Source of the DNA: Balanoglossus misakiensis
Taxonomy: Eukaryota > Animalia > Hemichordata
Assembly (NCBI GenBank): GCA_040954595.2
Contig: CM082578.2
Span: forward strand, 3,826,831-3,890,830
Reading direction: 5' to 3'
Length of the DNA: 64,000 nucleotides
Below are positions 52,601-64,000 of this stretch, in pieces. A model generated the notes under the pieces. It was given only the letters and a program-made list of their open reading frames with translations, made no database searches and was not told the DNA's origin. Within the stretch, counting starts at the first letter, position 1. Each line of letters starts with the position of its first letter. The translations under genes and the position numbers were made by a program.

Positions 52601-53634
52601 GGTGTACATCATCCATATTTCTACCTGAAGCAAATATCACCAGGACGGGCTTGTATTACATAGTCTTTGACCTTACCAGTGGTAAGATTGTGGAATATTT
52701 TCATGATTAATGCAACTATTGTACAATGATCCTTGATTAAAATATATATAGTTTTTCTTACCTTTTTGGCTGTTCATGTTACTGTTAATTTCAAAAATCA
52801 ACATGCATATGTAGAAAGTTATGCTACAATCTTGCGGTTGTAATATAGAGCTGCCATTTGTTTTTTAATTTTACTATTCAACTTAGACCGGTCCATCTAA
52901 ATATGCTTACCAATTTATACATTTACATCTTGTTGATGCCAGATTATGACTGTATGTTGCAATTTGAACAAGCGATAACGGCCGCTGAACCCGTTCAATC
53001 GTCCTGCATACACAAGTGTACACAAAACACATGGTATGCGTCCTGTATTTCTTTTGCCATTAGCAATATCAGTAAAAAAATGTTAATGAATGTCATTGTC
53101 TGGGTGCACACTACCAGTTGATTTTATATGGAATCGGTTAATGTAACTGTTCTGTATTTCTTTTTCTCTGCAGCCCATGGGATTGACATCAAGGTTCTCA
53201 CTACTCAACACAGATGTAGCTACTTTGATGAGAATAATTGGCAGAATGATGGTTGTAAGGTATGCAACTTGATTAATATCTTCTAAATTTTGCAAACAAA
53301 TTGAAATGCTCCATGTACTTCCAAGTGATGAAACTAAAGACAAGTGGCAATCAGTGTGATTTTAGGGGATACTAATCATAAATATGCAGCAGAACTAAAA
53401 CTGCAGAAGGTGATGCACCTTCCGATTAATGTCTACAAGTTCTATTTAAAGTAACGCTGGGACGTGAACCAGGTGTTTGATCTTGTTTTAATTGCAAAGA
53501 AACACCCACTGATGTGTCAATACGTATTTTCTCTGCTTGATATCGTGCAGGTGTCACCAAGATCCAACTTCAATTCTACCCTGTGTCTGTGTAATCACCT
53601 GACTGTTTTCAGTGCAATGGTCGGAGTTGTTTAA
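24403..53634 (+). CDS. Secreted C-type lectin + GAIN/GPS protein (polycystin-1/REJ-like ectodomain, no TM). Exons: 24403-24514; [24628-24895 OR 26998-27277]; 49576-49649; 50091-50161; 50328-50418; 50865-51199; 51480-51588; 51969-52093; 52453-52681; 53174-53259; 53551-53634
   Basis: All junctions are GT-AG with compatible phases and no internal stops. Signal peptide LKLTLVASFVMFSMALLQQA. CTL motifs CE.LGLRL / WID / C...CEW...C...LMCE. PKD1-like NPH..DILSLEFRDEDGNEIKVKN. Full GPS: CSYFDENNWQNDGCKVSPRSNFNSTLCLCNHL|TVF, then stop. Confidence 0.8.
24628..24895 (+). CDS. C-type lectin N-half exon, variant A
   Basis: tccag|...|gtgagt, phase 1 to 2; DCKSVYGWMNNDRAYTFCERLGLRLVKD...WFWIDGR...GGQCVSL. 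Confidence 0.8.
26998..27277 (+). CDS. C-type lectin N-half exon, variant B
   Basis: ctgcag|...|gtgagt, phase 1 to 2; ATYQLCEKLGLRLLTD...IWIDATITADGTVKTSSG...GSCIYV. Confidence 0.8.
30586..32517 (+). repeat. Tandem satellite, ~241-247 bp unit, about 8 copies; resumes at 43997-44258
   Basis: Unit anchored on agttttcctctcagtcgattataa...gtctgcctccacgagagcgaggatgattactg, recurring at about 30821, 31063, 31308, 31551, 31797, 32043, 32288 and 44017. Confidence 0.95.
38275..40026 (+). mobile_element. Helentron-associated (HINE-like) element carrying about five 240-bp repeats
   Basis: Inserted in a T-run; 5' GGTCCCAT..ATGGGACC hairpin, (TGTA/TGGA)n, 3' subterminal ATGGGACC and a short stem-loop; tandem units at about 38820-39960. 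Confidence 0.75.
41065..41419. repeat. ~144-bp palindromic MITE plus tandem re-duplication of its right part and flank
   Basis: TAAGGTTATTCACAAAATACCGGGATTTATGTCC ... GGACATAAATCCCGGTATTTTGTGAATAACCTTA; 41105-41260 is repeated at 41264-41419. Confidence 0.85.
44870..45498 (+). mobile_element. 5'-truncated L2/CR1 LINE fragment inside the outer BEL
   Basis: DDNQLYLSF..WMTHNKLQLNDSKTE; L2-like 3' end gcgctatataa followed by a (GTTT)n tail. Confidence 0.8.
46760..47638. mobile_element. Foldback element with modular repetitive arms, inserted in the outer BEL gag
   Basis: TACGGTGGACGATACCGACACTCCTCTGCTAAC and its inverse at the right end; inner inverted GAGTTAACCGGAAGTACTGGAGTACATTT; the right arm has an 87-bp unit about 3.5 times. 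Confidence 0.85.
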
Positions 53635-55194
53635 TCTGATGGACGATTCCACGTTTAGCACAGGGGCGTCCGTTTGGTCTACAGAAGTGACTAATCAGCT
53701 GATGCGACGAGTTCCAAACAAATGATGTACCATTCAACATGATTTCGTTTTTTCTTCTCAGATTTATTTTAGACTTTATGAAGCAAAAGATGTTCATATA
53801 AGCGTTTTGGAAATCGATTTTTCTTGATAATGCATTAAATGTAAAAATCATAGATTAGTTAGAGGTGCCCATAACTTTTCCGAAAGACAAGCGTTCCGTT
53901 GAGAATTTGATATGTCTTTAATAAGAATGCATTTTGTAAATTGGTTGCATGCGTCTATGATTGAGTTTGTTCATAAAAGACATGTACGATGTAATTTATT
54001 AATTTCTTTGTAATCTGTCGGGATATGATATCTATCCATGTATACATGTATACATTGGTCAATATTTCTGTTTTGTAAAAAACAGTACTGTCACTTGCCA
54101 TTTTAATAATCCGTAATTGTACTAGTCATTAATTGGTGGACTTATAGTATTCTGAAACTTTAAAACAAATTGTATGTGTTTGTCTTGGATTGCTCTGGAT
54201 TATTCTGGTTGACATTAAAGCGTACGCTTACTGTTCACTATGTTTGTGTTGCGCTTTATTTTCCACGAATCAAATTATATTTAATTGATGAAGCCCTCTT
54301 CCGCCATTTCCATCCCTTTTGGGGGCACAAAACAACCGTGCAAGTTGTGCATAGTTTTTTTCCTGAATAACTGAAATCAAACGTAAGAAATATGCAAAAT
54401 CAACTGAACTGAACTTTTCCTTTGAGAAGAAATAAACCACAGAAATCACAGTAATCATGACCATCACTAAAAACTACTTATACCATTGTTTGTAAATGTA
54501 TCCCAATATTGACCACGAAAAGTGTTAACGAACAATAACAGGTAAAGAAAACGATTCATGTTCCCTCTGTATCTTGGTTAGAATTCTGAACCAAATCATC
54601 TCTTCAGTATGTGATGAGAAATTCCTGATGTGTGTAAGCTTTGATATAAAGTCTACTGAATCACGTGTTTCATTTACAAATACCATTCAGAACAGTGTAC
54701 CTTATTCATTGGTGCATAAGGCCAAGGAATTACACTATCCAAGTGTTCTAGTGGATGAGGTCAAGGTGGGCAATGGAACCTTTTTCATACAATTTAGCAT
54801 TTTCCAAAAGTGGCGGCCATATTCCTTAGCGGCAAAGCTTCGTTATTTATCTGGTTAAAACGTTTCTGGGTAGATTTTGCAGATACTTTCTGACCATATG
54901 TGCTGTGTTGAATTCATAAGTGTTGTGATTGCCGATGTCTCACCTTAGTGGGTAAAGGATACTAATCAAAGGTTTCTAAGGGTCTCTTGGAGGTCAGTAA
55001 AAGGCGTGCTGCTTGGTCTCTGTTCTAAGGTGGAAGAGGTAGAATAAACTATTTCCGCCCAAGGGGTGGGTAGGGTCAGTGACGTCATGGGCAGATCCAC
55101 AACACTCATCCCCACCATATTTTGAAGGGCTTCGTCTTCTTCCCCCAAAACACCGGGGGATAACACAACATAGAACACAGCGATAACAAAATAG

Positions 55195-57130
55195 AAATAT
55201 AGCTGCAAGCAGCGATGACGGGCACAAGCTTAAGCCGAAGGTCAAAGGTCATATGTGGTCACCCAAAAATTGGCCAAAAAGTTTTGACCCCCATACTAAT
55301 CCAGGTCCAACAGAAACCAGACCTCTAGCCCTATTGGTTTGTCTGAAATAGGATATGCGCATAATTAATGATGTAAAGTGTAAGACTCTATCAATAGTTC
55401 GATCCATCCAAACACAAATGCTGTACCTGTTCTGGATGCCGAGATATAGGAAAGTAGGTCAAAGGTCACCTGAGGCCATCCGAAAGTTTAGCAAAAAAAA
55501 TTGACCCCATACCAGTCCAGGTCCAACAAAAATCAGGCCTCTAACCCTATTGGTTCGCCTAGAATTAGATATGCACATAATTAATGAGGTAAAGTATTAG
55601 GCTTCATTAGGAGTTCCATGCCTTCAAATGCCAAGGCTGTATCTGCGCTGGTTGCCGAGATATGGTAAAGTAGGTCAAAGGTCACCTGAGGTCACCCAAA
55701 ATTTGGCAAGAAATTTTAACCCCATACTGGTCCATGTTCAACAAAAATCAAACCTCTAGCCCTATTGGCTAGCCTGGAATTAGGTATGCACATAATTAAT
55801 GAGATATGCAGGTGTCACAGGTGACTCCTAATTTTGTCTTTTCAATTTTAGTCACAACCCTCCAAACGCCAAGTCTGTACCTGCTGTGGATGCCGAGATA
55901 TAGGAAAGTAGGTCAAAGGTCACCTGAGGTCACCCAAAATTTGGGCAAAAATTTTTGATCCCATACTGGTCCATGTCCCACAAGAACAAAACCTATAGCC
56001 CTATTGGTTAGCCTAGAATTAGGTATGCACATAATTAATGAGATATGCAGGTGTCACAGGTGACCCAAAAATGTGGCTTTACATTTTGGTCCCATCCTAC
56101 CAAATGCCTTGGCTGTACCTGCCCTGGGTGCCAAGATATGGTAAAGTAGGTCAAAGGTCACCTGAGGTCATGCAAAATTTGGGCAAGAAATTTTGACCCT
56201 ATACTGGTCCATGTTCAACAAAAACCTAACCTATAGCCCTATTGGTTAGCCTGGAATTAGGTATGCACATAATTAATGAGGTATGCAGGTGTCACAGGTG
56301 ACCCCAAATTTTGGCTTTTCAATTTTAGTCCTAACCCTCCAAACGCCAAGTCTGTACCTGCTCTGGATGCCGAGATATAGGAAAGTAGGTCAGAGGTCAC
56401 CTGAGGTCACCCAAAATTTGGGCAAGAAATTTTGACCCTATACTGGTCCATGTCCCACAAGAACGAAACCTCTAGCCCTCTTAGTTAGCCCAAAATTAGG
56501 TATGCACATAATTAATGAGTTAAGCAGGTGTTACAGGTGAGCCTAAAATTGTGCCTTTTATTTTGGTGCCATTGTGCTCACCGACCAATAGACAGTCACT
56601 GTACAGGACTATTGCACAGACCAGAATTCCACAATAAGACATGGACATAGCTTAACCATAGAGGTATAAGTAAAGGTATTATTTAATAAAAAAATTAATA
56701 TAAAAAAATCGGTCGATTTTTCATACTATTTTTTTTCGCTTAAAATTATTGACAAATGCTAGGCTAGCTGCACACCAAAGTTGGAGATGATCGGCCTAAC
56801 AGATTTTGAGATATGTATGCATATTTATCCAAACTAATATGTGGTCATGGCTTTACTATGGAAAGTATAGGCCCAGGGCTGGGTGAAAAAATATGAAAAA
56901 TAATACTTACAAATCTTCTTCTCAAAATTGGCATGGCCAATGGCCTTGACATTTGGCATGTAGGACACTGACCACATGGTCCGCAAAAGTTGCTAAAAGA
57001 ATTTTGATATCTCCATTCATATGCAAATAAGGCCGATTTGAAAATTTTGCCCATATATGGTCATCAGGTCATGTGACTAATTAAACATTCACAAGGGTAC
57101 TGCACTAGCTCTCATTGACCTGCACCATTG
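55195..57130 (-). repeat. HINE-like element with 240-bp satellite, minus orientation
   Basis: Reverse complement of the repeats at 38680-39960 and 57830-58890. Confidence 0.85.
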
Positions 57131-60100
57131 TGCCAATGATGAATGTGGATTAGTGTGTGATCAAAATATTTTGCTACTTTTCATGACCCCTTTGACCTCT
57201 GCTGACCTCATTAATTATGTGCATAGCTAATTACAGGCGAACCAATAGAGCTAGAGGTTTGGTTTTTGTTGGACATGGACCAGTATGGGATCAAAATTTT
57301 TTGCCCAAATGTTGTGTGACCTCTTGTGACCTTTGACCTACTTTCGCATATCTCAGCATCCAGAGCAGATACAGCCAAGGCATTTGGTAGGATGGGACCA
57401 AAATGTAAAGCCACATTTTTGGGTCACCTGTGACACCTGCTGAACTCATTAAATATGCACATACCTAATTACAGGCGAACCAATAGAGCTAGAGTTTTGT
57501 TTTTGTTGGACATGGACCAGTATGGGTCAAAAAAAAAATTGCCCAAATGTTGGGTGACCTCAGGTGACCTTTGACCTACTTCACCCTATTTCAGCAGCAA
57601 AAATACACACATCCTTGTTATGTCATGAGATAATACATACGATAGAAAATTCTGTTTCTTCTCTTTCATACTGTGCATATATAATTCAAGATCAGCGCTT
57701 GGGCCCGACAATGCTGCTTGCAGCTTTAATTCTTTCTTTCTTTTTTCTTGTGTCAATTTCTTCGGCCAACGAGATCTCTGAAACTACTGCAGGTACACTT
57801 CTCAAACTTGCTACAGTGGTCAAGGTCTACTGGTGCAGTACCCTTGTGAATGTTTAATAAGTCATGTGACCTGATGACCATATATGGGCAAAATTTTCAA
57901 ATCGGCCTAATTTGCATATGAATTGAGATATCAAAATTCTGTTCAGATGCTTTGTGGACCATATGGCCAGGGTTCTACATGCCAAATGTCAAGGCCATAG
58001 GCCATGTCAATTTTGAGGAGAAGATTTTTAAGTATTATTTTCCATATTTTTCGCCCAAGCCATCGGCCTATACTTTACATAGTTAAGCTATGACCACATA
58101 TTATTTTGGATAAATATGCATACATATCTCAAAATCTGTTAAGCCGATCATCTCAAACTTTGGTGTGCAGCTAGCCTAGCATTTGTCAATAATTTTAAGC
58201 AAAAAAAAATAATATGAAAAATCGACCGATTTTTTTATATTAATTTTTTTATTAAATTTATACCTTTACTTATACCTCTATGGTTAAGCTATGTCCATGT
58301 CTTATTGTGGAATTCTGGTCTGTGCAATAGTCATGTACAGTGACTATCTATTGGTCAGTGAGCACAATGGCACCAAAATAAAAGGCACAATTTTAGGCTC
58401 ACCTGTAACACCTGCTTAACTCATTAATTATGTGCATACCTAATTCTGACTAACTAAGACGGCTAGAGGTTTCGTTCTTGTGGGGCATGGACCAGTATAG
58501 GGTCAAAATTTCTTGCCCAAATTTTGGGTGACCTCAGGTGACCTTTGACCTACTTTACCAGATCTTGGCATCCAGAGCAGGTACAGACTTGGCGTTTGGA
58601 GGGTTGGGACTAAAACTGAAAAGCCAAAATTGGGGGTCACCTGTGACACCTGCCTACCTCATTAATTATGTGCATACCTAATTCCAGGCTAACTAATACG
58701 GCTATAGGTTTGGTTTTTGTTGAACATGGACCAGTTTAGGGTCGAAATTTCTTGCCCAAATTTTGCATGACCTCAGGTGAACTTTGACCTACTTTACCAT
58801 ATCTTGGCATCCAGAGCAGATATGCTTATTGCTATGTTGCTATGTGCTATGTTGGCTTGGGCCCGCTATTGCTGCTTGCAGCTATATTTTCTTCTACTTC
58901 TTCTTCTTCTTCTTGTGTCGTTTTTTTGTCCAGCTAGATCTTGAAAACGGCTGAACCTACAAATTTCAAAGTTGGCACAATGGTGCAGGCCTATGAGAGC
59001 TGGTGCAGTACCCTTGTGAATGTGTAATTAGTCATGTGACCTGATGACCATATATGGGGAAAATTTTCAATTTGGCCTAATTTGCATATGAATGGAGATA
59101 TCAAAATTCTGTTCAGATGCTTTGTGGACCATATGGCCAGGGTTCTACATGCCAAATGTCAAGGCCATAAGCCATGTCAATTTTGAGAAGAAGATTTTTA
59201 AGTATTATTTTCCATATTTTTCGCCCAAGCCATGGGCCTATACTTTACATAGTTAAGCTATGACCACAGATTATTTTGGATAAATATACATACATATCTC
59301 AAAATCTGTTCGGCCGATCAATTCCAAAGTTGCTGTGCAGCTAGCCTAGCATTTGTCAATCATTTTAAGCGAAAAAAAATAATATGAAAAATCAACCGAT
59401 TTTTTTTTATTAATTTTTTTATTAAATTTATACCTTTACTTATACCTCCATAGTTAAGCTATGTCCACGCCTTATTGTGGAATTCTGGTCTGTGCAATGA
59501 TCCTGTAAAGTGACTGTCTATTGGCCAGTGAGCAGAATGGGACCAAAATAAAAGGCAAAATTTTGGGCTCACCTGTGACACCTGCATATCTCATTAATTA
59601 TGTGCATACCTAATTCCAGGCTAACCAATAGGGCTATAGGTTTGGTTTTTGTTGAACAGGGACCAGTATAGGGTCAAAATTTCTTGCCCAAATTTTGCAT
59701 GACTTCAGGTGACCTTTGACCTACTTTACCAGATCTTGGCATCCAGAGCAGGTACAGACTTGGCATTTGGAGGGTTGGGACTAAAATTGAAAAGCCAAAA
59801 TTGTGGGTCACCTGTGACACCTGCCTACCTCATTAATTATGTGCATACCTAATTCCAGGCTAACCAATAGGGCTATAGGTTTGGTTTCTGTTGAACAGGG
59901 AGCAGTATAGGGTCAAAATTTCTTGCCCAAATTTTGCATGATCTCAGGTGACCTTTGACCTACTTTACCAAATCTTGGCATCCAGAGCAGGTACAGATAT
60001 GGCGTTTGGAGGGTTGGGACTATAATTGAAAAGCCAAAATTGGGGGTCACCTGTGACACCTGCCTACCTCATTAATTATGTGCATACCTAATTCCAGGCT

Positions 60101-63100
60101 AACCAATAGGGCTATAGGTTTGGTTTTTGTTGAACATGGGCCAGTATAGGGTCAAAATTTCTTGCCTAAATTTTGCATGACCTCAGGTGACCTTTGACCT
60201 ACTTTACCATATCTTGGCATCCAGAGCAGATATGCTTATTGCTATGTTGCTATGTGCTATGTGCTATGTTGGCTTGGGCCCGCTATTGCTGCTTGCAGCT
60301 ATATTTAGGGCCCAAGCGCATACCAGCGCTTGGGCCCTATTGGTTTCGTTGGGGTTTTTCAGTCTTTCTTTCTTTCCTTCTTTATTCTTGGTTCCATTTT
60401 TCGGCCACCTAAATCTCAAAAACTGCAGCACCAACCAGGCTGAAACTTGGTAGGCAGATACGGGCCAATGAGTAGATGTGCAGTGGCTCGTGAATATTTA
60501 ATTAGTCACGTGACCTGGCGGCCATATTGGATTTTCTGAAAAAATGCAAATCTCAGATCTCAGAAACTACAAGTCAGATCGACTTCAAATTTGGCGTGCA
60601 GGTAGACTACCTTCTGCCCATCATTTTTGTAATTGGAAATTATGCTGTCAATGTTGCAGTTTTTTTGCCACAATTTTTTTCTTAAATCTGGTCAAAATTT
60701 CAAAAATCTTCTTCTCCAGAACCGGTGATAACCGAGACACGGGGTTTGGTGTATGTGGTCACCTAACTGATGTCTATCAAGTTTGCGAAGATCATTGTGA
60801 TTGGTCGAAGATTATGGCGGCCATATTGGATTTTCGAAAAACCATAGTAAAACTCAAAAAATCTTCTTCTCCAGAACGGGCGATAACTGAGTCGCAAGAT
60901 TCGGGGAGTTTGGTCACTTCACTGATGTCTATCAAGTTTGCAAAGAGCATTGTGATTGGTCGAAGATTATGGCGGCCATATTGGATTATGTAAAAAGCAG
61001 TGAAAAATTGAAATTCCTTTTCCTAGTGTAAAAATTGATAGCATACAAACTCTTTTTATGGATATCAATCGTCATGTGACTAAATTATGTTACAATTTTT
61101 TGGCGATTTTTCACATGACCTTTGACCTACTTTTCACACGTTATTATTTCTGCATATCTATTTCCAGGCTAACCTATAGGGCTAGACGTTTGGTTTTTGA
61201 TGCATGTGGATTAGTGTGTGATCAAAATATTTTGCTACTTTTCATGACCCCTTTGACCTCTGCTGACCTCATTAATTATGCACATAGCTAATTACAGGCG
61301 AACCAATAGAGCTAGAGATTTGGTTTTTGTTGGACATGGACCACTATGGGAACAAAATTTTTTGCCCAAATGTTGGGTGACCTCTGGTCACCTTTGACCT
61401 ACTTTCGCATATCTCAGCATCCAGAGCAGATACAGCCTTGGCATTTGGCAGGATGGGGCCAAAATGTACAGCCACATTTTTGGGTCACCTGTGACACCTG
61501 CTGACCTCATTAAATATGCACATACCTAATTACAGGCGAACCAATAGAGCTAGAGTTTTAGTTTTTGTTTGACATGGACCAGTATGGGTCAAAAAATTTT
61601 GCCCAAATGTTTGGTGACCTCAGGTGACCTTAGACCCACTTTCGCATATCTCAGCATCCAGCGCAGATACAGCCTTGGCATTTGGCAGGATGGGACCAAA
61701 ATGTAAAGCCACATTTTTAAGTCACCTGTGACACCTGCTGACCTCATTAAATATGCACGTACCTAATTAAAGGCGAACCAATAGAACTAGAGTTTTGGTT
61801 TTTGTTGGACATGGAACAGTATGGGTCAAAAAATTTTGCCCAAATGTTGGGTGACCTCAGGTGACCTTTGACCTACTTTACTCTATTTCAGTAGGAAAAA
61901 TACATACGTCCTTGTTACGTCATGAGATAAAACACCCGATAGAGCATTCTGTTTCTTCTCATTCATACTGTGCATATATAATACCGGATCAGCGCTTGGG
62001 CCCGACAATGCTGCTTGCAGCTTTAATTAGGGCCCAAGCCAAGCCAGGCTTGGGCCCTATTGGTTTCGTTGGTATTTTTCAGTCTTTCTTTCTTTAGGGC
62101 CCAAGCGCAAGCAAGCGCTTGGGCCCTATTGGTTTCGTTGGGGTTTTTCTTTCTTTCTTTCTTTCTTTATTCTCCTGTCCATTTTTTATCGCTCTAGATC
62201 TCAGACACCGCTGCAGGTTCAGTTCTCAAACTTGCTACAGTGGTCAAGGTCAATGAGTAGTCGTGCATTGAACCCATGAATTTTTAATTTGTCACGTGAC
62301 ATGGCGGCCATATTGGATTTTCTGAAAAAATGCAAATCTCAGATCTCAGAAACTACAAGTCAGATTTACTTCAGATTTGGCGTGCTGGTAGTGTACCTTC
62401 TGCCCATTATTTTTGTAATTGGATATTTTGCTGTCAATGTTGCAGTTTTTTTGCTACAGTTGTTTTTCTGAAATCTGGTCAAGATTTCAAAAATCTTCTT
62501 CTCCAGAACCGGCGATAACCGAGTCACGCGGTTTGGGGTATGTGGTCACCTAACTGAGGTCTATCAAGTTTGCGAAGATCATTGTGATTGGTCGAAGATT
62601 ATGGCGGCCATATTGGATTTCCGAAAAACTATAGTAAAACTCCAAAAATCTTCTTCTCCAGAACGGGCGATAATCGAGTCACAAGATTCGGGGAGTATGG
62701 TCACTACACTGATGTCTATCAAGTTTGCAAAGAGCATTGTGATTGGTCGAAGATTATGGCGGCCATATTGGAATTTGTAAAAAGCATCGAAAAATTGAAA
62801 TTCCTTTTTCTAGTCTAAAAATTGATAGCATACAAATTCTTTTTATGGATATCAATCGTCAGGTGACTAAGATATGTTACAATTTTTTGGCGATTTTTCA
62901 CATGACCTTTGACCTACTTATCACGCGTTATTATTTCTGCATATCTAATTCCAGGCTAACCTATAGGGCTAGACATTTGGTTTTTGATGCTTGTGGATTA
63001 GTGTGTGATCAAAATATTTTGCTACTTTCCATGACACCTTTGACCTCTGCTTACCTCATTAATTATGTGCATAGCTAATTACAGGCGAACCAATAGAGCT

Positions 63101-64000
63101 AGAGCTTTGGTTTTTGTTGAACATGGACCAGTATGGGTTCAACATTTTTTGCCCAAATGTTGGGTGACCTCTGGTGACTTTTGACCTACTTTCACATATC
63201 TCAACATCCAGAGCAGATACAGCCTTGGCATTTGGCAGGATGGGACCTAAATGTAAAGCCAAATTTTTGGGTCACCTGTGACACCTGCTGACCTCATTAA
63301 ATATGCACATACCTAATTACAAGCGAACCAAAAGAGCTAGAGTTTTGGTTTTTGTTGGACATGGCCCAGCAAGGGTCAAATTTTTTGCCCAAATGTTGGG
63401 TGACCTCAGGTGACCTTTGACCTACTTTACTCTATTTCAGCAGCAAAAATACATAAGTCCTTGTTATGTCATGAGATAATACATGCGATAGAAAATTCTG
63501 TTTCTTCTCATTCATACTGTGCATATATAATTCAAGATCAGCGCTTGGGCCCGACAATGCTGCTTGCAGCTTTAATTCTGTCTTTCCTTCTTTCTTCTTT
63601 CTTTCTTAGGGCCCAAGCGCATACCAGCGCTTGGGCCCTATTGGTTTCGTTGGGGTTTTTCTGTCTTTCCTTCTTTCTTTAGGGCCCAAGCGCAAGCCAG
63701 CGCTTGGGCCCTATTGGTTTCGTTGGGGTTTTTTAGGGCCCAAGCCCAGCAGGCTTGGGCCCTATTGGTATTACTGGGGTTTTTAGGGCCCAAGCGCGCG
63801 CAAGCGCTTGGGCCCTATTGGTTTCGTTGGAATTTTTCTTTCTTTATTCTCCTGTCAATTCTTCGGCCAACTAAATCTCTGAAACTACTGCAGGTACACC
63901 GCTCAAACTTACTACAGTGGTCAAGGTCAATGAGTAGATGTGCAGTGGCTCGTGAATATTTAATTAGTCACGTGACCAGGCGGCCATATTGGATTTTCTG
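57130..64000 (+). repeat. Head-to-tail stack of related HINE/Helentron-like elements with 240-bp satellite units and GGGCCCAAGC..GCTTGGGCCC hairpins
   Basis: Repeated 3' ends gcttgggcccg..tgctgcttgcagct at about 57700, 58860, 60275, 61995 and 63545; (CTTT)n heads; repeated bodies. Confidence 0.85.

Noticed and set aside
54966-55208. Minus ORF that looks like a secreted peptide (MQLYFYFVIAVF...)
   Set aside because: It starts at TTG inside a HINE 3' end, and the hydrophobicity derives from T-rich sequence.
57564-63682. Recurrent hydrophobic ORFs (MTFDLL..., MQISDLRN...) as the missing TM exons
   Set aside because: They are translations of multi-copy HINE repeats with variable frames and no PLAT, 7TM or channel motifs.

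Overview
Intron-rich, repeat-dense animal genomic DNA, probably a marine invertebrate deuterostome (inferred from repeat and gene types, not proven). Main gene: a hand-assembled + strand, 11-exon gene (24403-53634, about 530 aa) encoding signal peptide, C-type lectin (CTL) domain and a polycystin-1/REJ-type GAIN domain. It stops 10 residues after the GPS autoproteolysis site (HL|T) and has no transmembrane part. It has two alternative, frame-incompatible lectin exons that share one downstream exon set. Two further degenerate paralog 3' ends lie upstream (14.8 kb and 21.7 kb). Also present: an SLC16/MFS transporter gene (- strand, C-terminus truncated) and an orphan mitochondrial-CYP-like exon. 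The rest is transposons: a Tx1/L1-like LINE, L2 fragments, two BEL/Pao LTR elements, and TTAA (Kolobok-like), Harbinger-like, Academ-like and Helentron-like elements. They form a five-deep nest in one 22-kb intron and carry two unrelated ~240-bp satellites. All gene models are read by eye from splice signals and frame continuity; no expression data or database searches were available.
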